Below are positions 19,473 to 26,404 of a stretch of DNA of 64,000 nt, one piece after another (the first letter of the stretch is position 1; every line of letters starts with the position of its first letter). The notes beneath the pieces are model-generated. The model was not told the DNA's origin and searched no databases. It saw nothing but the letters and a program-made list of their open reading frames with translations. Position numbers and translations under genes: made by a program. This stretch comes from Saccharofermentanales bacterium (GTDB lineage Bacteria; Bacillota; Clostridia; Saccharofermentanales; UBA5734), in NCBI GenBank assembly GCA_038326615.1, contig JBBQKF010000004.1, forward strand, positions 2,589 through 66,588, in the 5' to 3' direction.

Positions 19473-19535
19473 GATTTTATTTGATTTTATTTGATTTTTA
19501 TTTAATTTTTTATAATTTTTTATAATTTTATTTAC
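19473..19535. repeat. Phased T-tract array (six 10-11-bp units)
   Basis: The units read GATTTTATTT, GATTTTATTT, GATTTTTATTT, AATTTTTTAT, AATTTTTTAT, AATTTTATTT. They lie in the divergent hflK / Zn-ribbon promoter region. Confidence 0.8.
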
Positions 19536-19699
19536 TTTTGCCTTGATTTTAATGGGTTTTTTACTAGTTTTTTTCATGTCTGATTACTACTTTTATAATA
19601 AAAAGTCATGCGAAAGCAATTATTTCGTGTAATTATGGATAGATTTGTGTCATTTTTATATGAATTATATATATTTTCATGAATATTTGAAAATAGTTC

Positions 19700-19728
19700 T
19701 TGTCAATATGACAATTTTGTGTTATATT
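19700..19728 (+). promoter_or_regulatory. Sigma-A-type promoter of the Zn-ribbon gene
   Basis: TTGTCA, a 17-nt spacer and TATATT, with TGT directly upstream as an extended -10. It sits 140 nt upstream of the ATG. Confidence 0.6.
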
Positions 19729-19868
19729 TATGGCAAGGTCATTGTCATGAATCGAACTCTTGAAACTATCTACTACCTCCTTTCATTAATTAGGTTGACA
19801 GTATGTAAGGCTAACAAGATCCCAATTCAGAGAATTTTGTCCTAATAATTTTAAGGAGGCATAATAAT

Positions 19869-20066
19869 ATGCCAGATAAAACAATTTCATGTAAAGATTG
19901 CGGAGCTGAATTCATTTTCAACGAAAGCGAACAAGCTTTCTACAAAGAAAAGGGATTCGAGAATGAACCACAGAGATGTCCTGATTGCCGTAGAGCAAGA
20001 AAACAACAGCGTAATAACAACGGCGGCGGCGGCGGCGGCGGATACAACCGTAACAGCAACTGGTAG
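19869..20066 (+). CDS. Small zinc-ribbon protein (CxxC...CxxC) with a poly-Gly tail
   Basis: 65 aa with CKDCG...CPDCRRARK, typical of the widespread 'probable zinc-ribbon' small-protein family. The RBS is AAGGAGG. The C-terminus is NNNGGGGGGGYNRNSNW. Confidence 0.85.
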   Translation: MPDKTISCKDCGAEFIFNESEQAFYKEKGFENEPQRCPDCRRARKQQRNNNGGGGGGGYNRNSNW

Positions 20067-20089
20067 AAACTAGTTTAGCTAAAATGAAA

Positions 20090-20121
20090 GTCTCAGCAAT
20101 GAAAATTGTTGAGACTTTTTT
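20090..20121 (+). terminator. Intrinsic terminator after the Zn-ribbon gene
   Basis: Stem GTCTCAGCAAT/ATTGTTGAGAC with one G-U pair, a GAAA loop and a T6 run. Confidence 0.75.
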
Positions 20122-20307
20122 ATTTTTCTAATTTCTTTAAATTTTTGTAACTAAGTTAACCCATTCCTCTTTTTCTGATTTTATATTGCTTTGTTGTTTT
20201 ATTTCTTTATTGATTTACTCTTTTAGTCCTATATTCATTTTATCGTTGTATGTATCTACCATTCTAATTTTTTACTGTTTCTAGTTTTACTTTTATGTTT
20301 TATTGTT

Positions 20308-21549
20308 TCAATTTCTTTCCTTTAAGAACATTTCAAGAGCAGTCATTGGGCTGTCTTCGCCTTCTTTATTCTTTATTGGAGCAAATTCTTCTTCTCTTTT
20401 AACGCGAAGTAATGCAATATCGGGAACTCTGTCAAATGAATCGAAAATAAATGCTTCGAATTTAATACTGTTTGGCTGTTCAGGATCTATTTTCTCACCT
20501 GTATGGAGTAAATAAGGTGTTTTCTTTTTTGCAATGTGGTAAGGTAAAGGTGTTTCTGCAATTTCATCTAGAATATCCATATTGAAAACATACATTACAA
20601 TCCCGATATCGCCGTATAAATACTCCCCATTTACGCCTCTATCTTTTGCGTCTTTATGCGAAATTTCAGTGTATTCAACGTAAGACGGCTTGCCATCTTT
20701 GTAACAGAAAACTCCTGCCTTCTCATCAAAGCTTCGTTTTAGTGCTGATTTACTAGAAATTAATTTGCTAGATTCTATGGAAAATCCTATAAAAATAGGA
20801 TCGGCTACTTTAACCAAAGCATTATCGATTCCACAGACAAAAACTCTTTTTACACCTTGAGTTTTAAGCCATTCATAATTTCCAGACTTCTTAAGAGATG
20901 AGAAAATTCCACCATTGCCATTTGGCCCATTCGCAATTCCATCTTCATTAACCAGAATTTTACCACCAAAATCTATTATAGGTAACATATCCTGTTGGAA
21001 AAAATGAATTTTCTCACTGTCATATCCAAAAAATTTATTTTTTTGAAAAAATTCAATAGTCGCTGAATTATTTTCCTCACTAGTCATTATCAACCACGGA
21101 ATTGCAAATCCAGTTTTTTCTTTAAGAGCCAACAGCTGTCCGCATTGTATCTCAAATAAAGATTTAGGCGGATTTGTTTCAAGCATAAATGTGCCCTTAG
21201 GTCCATTATGTCCAAGCCTCGTACCTTGCCCTCCGGCCATAGTTATAACTGCAACTTCACCATTTCGTATAGACTTAAGGCCTTCTTCTATAAGGTAATT
21301 AGTTTTATCCGAGTTTAACAATGAGATATCGGTGCTTTTCATAGGGGTTAAAATGTCACGTTCAATAACATTGCCCAAATTTTTATATAAGTCCTCATAT
21401 AAAGCGTTTATACCTGGAAAATCACTCTTGATAATCTGCTTAGCGAGCGAATCAGCCTTTGGTGAAAAAATCGGCTTCAAATAATCGATTAGATGTCCCT
21501 GATTATTTTTTTTACAATAATCAATTGCTTGCTTGACTCTCTCTGACAT
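20308..21549 (-). CDS. UDP-sugar / UDP-N-acetylhexosamine pyrophosphorylase (UDPGP type-1, eukaryote-like family)
   Basis: 413 aa with the motif MAGGQGTRLGHNGPKG and family-wide similarity. Confidence 0.85.
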   Translation of the reverse strand: MSERVKQAIDYCKKNNQGHLIDYLKPIFSPKADSLAKQIIKSDFPGINALYEDLYKNLGNVIERDILTPMKSTDISLLNSDKTNYLIEEGLKSIRNGEVAVITMAGGQGTRLGHNGPKGTFMLETNPPKSLFEIQCGQLLALKEKTGFAIPWLIMTSEENNSATIEFFQKNKFFGYDSEKIHFFQQDMLPIIDFGGKILVNEDGIANGPNGNGGIFSSLKKSGNYEWLKTQGVKRVFVCGIDNALVKVADPIFIGFSIESSKLISSKSALKRSFDEKAGVFCYKDGKPSYVEYTEISHKDAKDRGVNGEYLYGDIGIVMYVFNMDILDEIAETPLPYHIAKKKTPYLLHTGEKIDPEQPNSIKFEAFIFDSFDRVPDIALLRVKREEEFAPIKNKEGEDSPMTALEMFLKERN

Positions 21550-21609
21550 TGTCTGAAAATTTCCTTTCGCTTTTCAAGATATAAACTTTTAATACTTATT
21601 AAAGTCACG

Positions 21610-21624
21610 ATTCTTATTAAGAAT
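21610..21624. promoter_or_regulatory. Perfect 15-nt palindrome ATTCTTATTAAGAAT upstream of the pyrophosphorylase gene
   Basis: Read directly from the sequence, 61 nt upstream of the ATG at 21549. Its half-site equals the adjacent microsatellite unit. Confidence 0.35.
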
Positions 21625-21677
21625 TAACATATTAACAAATTTAGTAAGTTGGATGTTATTTAAATTAAGCAATCAAG

Positions 21678-21834
21678 CTATTCTATTCTATTCTATTCTA
21701 CTCTACTCTATTCTATTCTATTCTATTCTATTCTATTCTATTCTATTCTATTCTATTCTATTCTATTCTATTCTATTCTATTCTACTCTACTCTACTCTA
21801 CTCTACTCTACTCTATTCTATTCTATTCTATTCT
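21678..21834. repeat. Pentanucleotide microsatellite, about 30 units of TTCTA/CTCTA
   Basis: Positions 21681-21830 are 30 exact 5-nt units (22 TTCTA and 8 CTCTA, arranged in blocks). The ppiB stop codon TAG (21828-21830) lies inside the last unit. Confidence 0.97.
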
Positions 21835-22301
21835 TCAATTGTTATCTTTTTAATTTTCTGAGTTTCAACAGGACAATCTCTCATTCCTACTTTAGCGGAG
21901 GCAATTTCATCAAGAACATCCAGGCCTTCAACAACTTTACCGAAAGCTGCATATTGGCCATCAAGATGAGGTGAATCCTGGTGCATGATAAAGAATTGTG
22001 ATCCTGCTGAATTTGGCGAGGCACTTCTTGCCATAGAAATGACTCCACGTGAATGTTTAATAGGATTATCTACTCCATTTGATTTGAATTCTCCAAGTAT
22101 CTGGTATCCTGGGTTTCCGGTTCCAGTTCCTTGAGGGCATCCTCCCTGAATCATAAATCCTTTAATTACTCTGTGAAAATTCAATCCGTCAAAGAAACCT
22201 TCTTTAACCAGCTTGATGAAATTTTCAACAGTTACCGGCGCATGCTCAGGATAAAGTTCAAGTTTAATTATTCCACCTTTTTCCATTTCAATAATAACCA
22301 T
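21828..22301 (-). CDS. ppiB: Cyclophilin-type peptidyl-prolyl cis-trans isomerase
   Basis: 157 aa with FHRVIKGFMIQGG and SAGSQFFI motifs. The RBS is AAGAGG. Confidence 0.95.
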   Translation of the reverse strand: MVIIEMEKGGIIKLELYPEHAPVTVENFIKLVKEGFFDGLNFHRVIKGFMIQGGCPQGTGTGNPGYQILGEFKSNGVDNPIKHSRGVISMARSASPNSAGSQFFIMHQDSPHLDGQYAAFGKVVEGLDVLDEIASAKVGMRDCPVETQKIKKITIEE

Positions 22302-22653
22302 TTTTTTACCTCTTTCTATTGTTTTACTAATTTAATAACTTATTGTAAAATTTTTCATATTTTGAATTTATTTTATTATTTATTATAATTACTTCATTTA
22401 CTTACTTCATTTTAACATAAAACTGTTTGCAGTATTTGGTTATTAACCCTATTCATAGTATTAAAAATTAATGTTTTTTAAATCTCTAAGATCGAGGCTT
22501 AAAGCTTTATTTTAAAGAGAAATACTATTATATCTACTTCTAATTGCTTAAAAATTTATTAATAATGAAATACCGTATAATTTTATGAATTAATTGTAAG
22601 CTAAGATTTTTAAATTGTAGATAGTTTGTTTACCAATTAGCCTTTACGACTTT

Positions 22654-22809
22654 CTAATCTTCGGTCTCTTCAGATTTCTGCACTGGTATTTTCTTTTCAG
22701 GAAATAATTTCGTCAATGCTAACGTAAATAAATATATGATTCCCAATGCAATAAAAATCCCAAGCATTCCTTTTCCCATAACCTTAAGAGCAACTATAAT
22801 ATTATCCAT
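22654..22809 (-). CDS. OadG-like small membrane subunit (gamma) of a Na+-translocating decarboxylase
   Basis: 51 aa with a single TM segment, starting at ATG 22809 after AAAGGAGGAATC. It lies downstream of the beta-subunit gene. Confidence 0.6.
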   Translation of the reverse strand: MDNIIVALKVMGKGMLGIFIALGIIYLFTLALTKLFPEKKIPVQKSEETED

Positions 22810-23014
22810 GATTCCTCCTTTGACTTTATACCCATTTAATCTTAACAAATTCACGAAATAATTTGTAACTAATTTTTTAATATGATATTTCTATAATATC
22901 ATGGTTATCTTTAACAGCAGTTTTTTGTGATTACCTCAAATTTCAATTCTAATCCTAAAAAGCTTATATGATTGTACATTATTTTATCGAAATTAACTTA
23001 TCAATCTGCAACTT

Positions 23015-24178
23015 TTACTTCGGCAAACTCCCAACAAGGTAAATTATAAGTCCGCCTGCAATAACAGAAGCAATCTGACCTGCAACATTTGCACCTACTG
23101 TATGCATAAGTATGAAATTTTGATTGTCTTCTTTAAGTGCCATCTTGTGAATAACTCGAGCTGACATTGGGAAAGCCGAAATCCCGGCAGCTCCAACCAT
23201 GGGGTTCATCTTTTTCTTTGTAAACAGATTCAAAAATTTAACGAAGAAAACTCCGAATACGGTGTCAAAAATAAAAGCTAGAAGACCAAGTCCCAAAATT
23301 AAGAAGGTTTCTTTAGTTACAAAATCCGCTGCCTGCATTTTTGATGCAATCGTAATTCCAAGAAACAGCGTTATAAGATTAGCAAGTTCGTTTTCGGCTG
23401 TTTTAGAAATAGAACTTAAAACGCCACATTCACGAATCAGATTTCCAAACATCAACATGCCTATCAAAGAGAGTGATGATGGTGCTATGAGACCTGCGAT
23501 TATGCAAACACCTATAGGAAATAGGATTCTTGTTATTTTTGAAACTTGCTTGGGGTGATATTCCATACGAATTAGTCGTTCTTTTCTTGTTGTAACAAGC
23601 TTAATTGCAAATGGCTGTATGATTGGCACAAGCGCCATATAAGAATAGGCAGCGACTGTAATAGGTCCTAAATATTTGCTATCAAAAAAGTTTGCAACGA
23701 AAATCGATGTTGGTCCGTCTGCCGCACCAATAACTCCGATAGATGCTGCGTCTCTTATTGAGAATTGCCCTAATCCTGCTTCGCCTAAAACAACTGCCAG
23801 AAGAAGAGTTCCAAAGATACCAAACTGTGCTGCTGCACCGAAGAAAAGCATTTTGGGATTTGACAAGAGCGGTCCAAAGTCAATCATTGCACCGATTCCA
23901 ACAAATAGAAGCAATGGAAAAACTTCAGTTGCGATTCCTTTGTCAAAAAGGAAATCGATAATCCCTTCAACTTTACCAAATCCGGGTATGTTCTGGGTTA
24001 CCATGCTTGAAAGGGGTATGTTTACTAAAATAGCACCAAACCCGATTGGCAATAGTAAAGCAGGTTCAAAATCCTTAGCAATGGCAAGATAAATTAAAAC
24101 TGCTCCAATAATCCACATAACCACCTGCTGCCACTGTATTGCTTTAACACCAACTAATAAAAAGTTCAAAAACTCCAT
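23015..24178 (-). CDS. Na+-translocating decarboxylase beta subunit (OadB/GcdB/MmdB family)
   Basis: Polytopic protein with family-typical sequence throughout. I moved the start to ATG 24178, which follows GGAGGGCCT. Confidence 0.88.
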   Translation of the reverse strand: MEFLNFLLVGVKAIQWQQVVMWIIGAVLIYLAIAKDFEPALLLPIGFGAILVNIPLSSMVTQNIPGFGKVEGIIDFLFDKGIATEVFPLLLFVGIGAMIDFGPLLSNPKMLFFGAAAQFGIFGTLLLAVVLGEAGLGQFSIRDAASIGVIGAADGPTSIFVANFFDSKYLGPITVAAYSYMALVPIIQPFAIKLVTTRKERLIRMEYHPKQVSKITRILFPIGVCIIAGLIAPSSLSLIGMLMFGNLIRECGVLSSISKTAENELANLITLFLGITIASKMQAADFVTKETFLILGLGLLAFIFDTVFGVFFVKFLNLFTKKKMNPMVGAAGISAFPMSARVIHKMALKEDNQNFILMHTVGANVAGQIASVIAGGLIIYLVGSLPK

Positions 24179-24500
24179 AGGCCCTCCAATTCTGTATTTC
24201 AAAATCTTTATTTCTATTGTTTTTCATCAATTATCCACGGTATAAGATTTTAACATAAATCACTTAGATTTAGCTACTGTTTTGAGAAAACAAATTTTAC
24301 ACAACTAATTTGCAATACTAAATGACTAATTTTTTCAAAAATATATGTTAAGCAGATCAATTTATCTCTTCCATCATATTTGCAGATAATCCGCCGAGTA
24401 TTTTTTTGGATAATTTTTGATTAAGTGTTGGATTAGTCTTATCTTTTTAGTGGAGTAATTCGAAATATCTACGCCTTTTGGGATGACTCGACGGATCATT

Positions 24501-25391
24501 TTATTTATTATTATAGCCAAATATTTCCTCTTGATAAAATACTTCTTCGAGCATCAGCCCATTCGCTGGCAATGTTTTCCCTGCTAGTCTTCGGTTTTTA
24601 CTTTCTATTATATATGGAATTTGGCTTGGATCAATTTTGCCTGCACCAACATAAACCAATGTTCCTGCAAGGATTCTTACCATGTTATAAAGAAAGCCGC
24701 TTCCATGAAATCTCATGAATATAACATTCCCCTTTGTTTCGATTCTAATGCTATAAATTGTCCTTATAGTAGTTTTGACTACCGATCCACTTGCCATAAA
24801 GGTAGCAAAGTCGTATTTGCCAACCAACATTTCTGCAGCAAGTTTCATTAAATCAATATTTAAATGCTTAGGAATGTGGCAGGAAAAATTTCTAAGGAGA
24901 GCAGGCCTTGTTTCTTCATTCCATATCGTGTAGCAATATTGTTTGCCTATTGTGTCAAACCGTGAATTAAAATCGGCCTTTACAATTGCAGCTTTTTTCA
25001 CAGATATTTCAGGTGGAAGAAAACTGTTTAATGCAAGTGAGAACCTCTCCATTGGAATTGTTGTTTTTATATGAAAATTTGATACATGCCCTTTGGCATG
25101 GACCCCTGAATCAGTTCGACTACAACCGGTAAGCAAAACATTTTTGCCCGTCAGATTGAAAATAGCTTTACGCATCTCTTCTTGTATGGTTGGCGCGTTT
25201 ATCTGACTTTGCCATCCACAATAATTAGCGCCGTCATATTCTATTAGCAAAGCTATATTTGTGGAATCGATGGCTTTGATATCGATGGCTTTGATATCGA
25301 TTTCTTTATTGTCAATTACATTATTCTCATAATCTTTATTGCTTAGGTTTTTATTGTCTAGGTCTTTCTTGTCTATCTCTTTGTTATCCAT
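24501..25391 (-). CDS. truA: tRNA pseudouridine(38-40) synthase TruA with a repetitive 45-aa N-terminal extension
   Basis: The core carries IEYDGANYCGWQSQ, GCSRTDSGVHA and FLYNMVR motifs. The N-terminus is rich in DNKEID/IKAID repeats, with a 15-bp tandem at 25266-25301. Confidence 0.9.
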   Translation of the reverse strand: MDNKEIDKKDLDNKNLSNKDYENNVIDNKEIDIKAIDIKAIDSTNIALLIEYDGANYCGWQSQINAPTIQEEMRKAIFNLTGKNVLLTGCSRTDSGVHAKGHVSNFHIKTTIPMERFSLALNSFLPPEISVKKAAIVKADFNSRFDTIGKQYCYTIWNEETRPALLRNFSCHIPKHLNIDLMKLAAEMLVGKYDFATFMASGSVVKTTIRTIYSIRIETKGNVIFMRFHGSGFLYNMVRILAGTLVYVGAGKIDPSQIPYIIESKNRRLAGKTLPANGLMLEEVFYQEEIFGYNNK

Positions 25392-25512
25392 AGTTTTGTT
25401 GCCCAGTTCTAATTTTTTTATTTATAGATGCTCCTATAATCGCAAACATCTTGTTAACAAAGCTATCCTTCATTGTTGTATGCTCAAGATCAATTCGAAT
25501 TGAATAATTCAT
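25384..25512 (-). CDS. Candidate small ORF (42 aa, or 55 aa from ATG 25551) between ecfT and truA
   Basis: ATG is preceded by GGAAGGAG with 5-nt spacing. The stop TAA overlaps the truA start in ATGGATAA. There is no recognisable motif. Confidence 0.35.
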   Translation of the reverse strand: MNYSIRIDLEHTTMKDSFVNKMFAIIGASINKKIRTGQQNYG

Positions 25513-25603
25513 GATTGCTCCTTCCGACTCAATACCCTCTATTTGGCTCATAATGGTTCTCAGCGCGTTACTCTCTCAAATATATTTATGCCAAAATGCA
25601 TTG

Positions 25604-26404
25604 TCAAGTAAATATCTCAAGCCCTACAACAACCAACATCAAAACCATACTTAATGCTATTCCTATATAATCGCTTTTTACCATCTTCATTACATGAAGT
25701 TTAGTTCTACCTTCGGCTCCACGATAACATCTGGCTTCCATAGCAGTTGCAAGTTCCTCCGCCCGCCTGAAGCAACTGACAAAAAGTGGCACAAGTACTG
25801 AGACTAGTCCTTTTGCTCTTGCTATAACACCGCCTGTATCGTACTGAGCCCCTCTGGATGACTGTGCCTTCATAATCTTATCAGTTTCTTCCATAAGATT
25901 TGGAACAAACCTGAGAGCTATCGACATCATCATAGAAATCTCATGTGCTGGGAATCCAATTTTTTGTAATGGGCTCATGATGCTTTCCATTGCATCTGCA
26001 ACACCTAAAGGAGTTGTTGTTAATGTCAGAAACACTGAACTAGTAATAATCAGTAATGAAAGTCTCACTGCCATTTTAAGTCCTGCTGCAAGTCCTTCTG
26101 ATGTAAGTTTCAGAGGGCCTAAAGACCATAATGCGTTACCCTGAAAAGAAAATAAGTTAAGCACAAAAGCAAATATTATAATAAACAAAATGGGTTTTAA
26201 TGATAAAAAGATTTGTTTAAAAGGTATTGTTGTTGCAAAGATTATAATAATCATAACAATTCCAAAAACAGTAAATGGTATGGGCTTGCTCAAAAAGAAA
26301 AGTACAATCATAAATACAAGTGAAATCAGAAACTTCGCTCTTGCATCCATCTTGTGCAGTGATGAATCCCCTGGATAATAGCGTCCTAAGGTAATCTCTT
26401 TCAT
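25604..26404 (-). CDS. ecfT: ECF transporter transmembrane (T) component
   Basis: 266-aa polytopic protein with the conserved ARxxR-type region (ALRFVP...SRGA). It overlaps the ecfA stop by 4 nt. Confidence 0.92.
   Translation of the reverse strand: MKEITLGRYYPGDSSLHKMDARAKFLISLVFMIVLFFLSKPIPFTVFGIVMIIIIFATTIPFKQIFLSLKPILFIIIFAFVLNLFSFQGNALWSLGPLKLTSEGLAAGLKMAVRLSLLIITSSVFLTLTTTPLGVADAMESIMSPLQKIGFPAHEISMMMSIALRFVPNLMEETDKIMKAQSSRGAQYDTGGVIARAKGLVSVLVPLFVSCFRRAEELATAMEARCYRGAEGRTKLHVMKMVKSDYIGIALSMVLMLVVVGLEIFT

Noticed and set aside
21653-21853. A 66-aa plus-strand ORF made of (LFYSI)n.
   Set aside because: It is a pure translation of the pentanucleotide microsatellite. It overlaps the ppiB 3' end in antisense and has no RBS.
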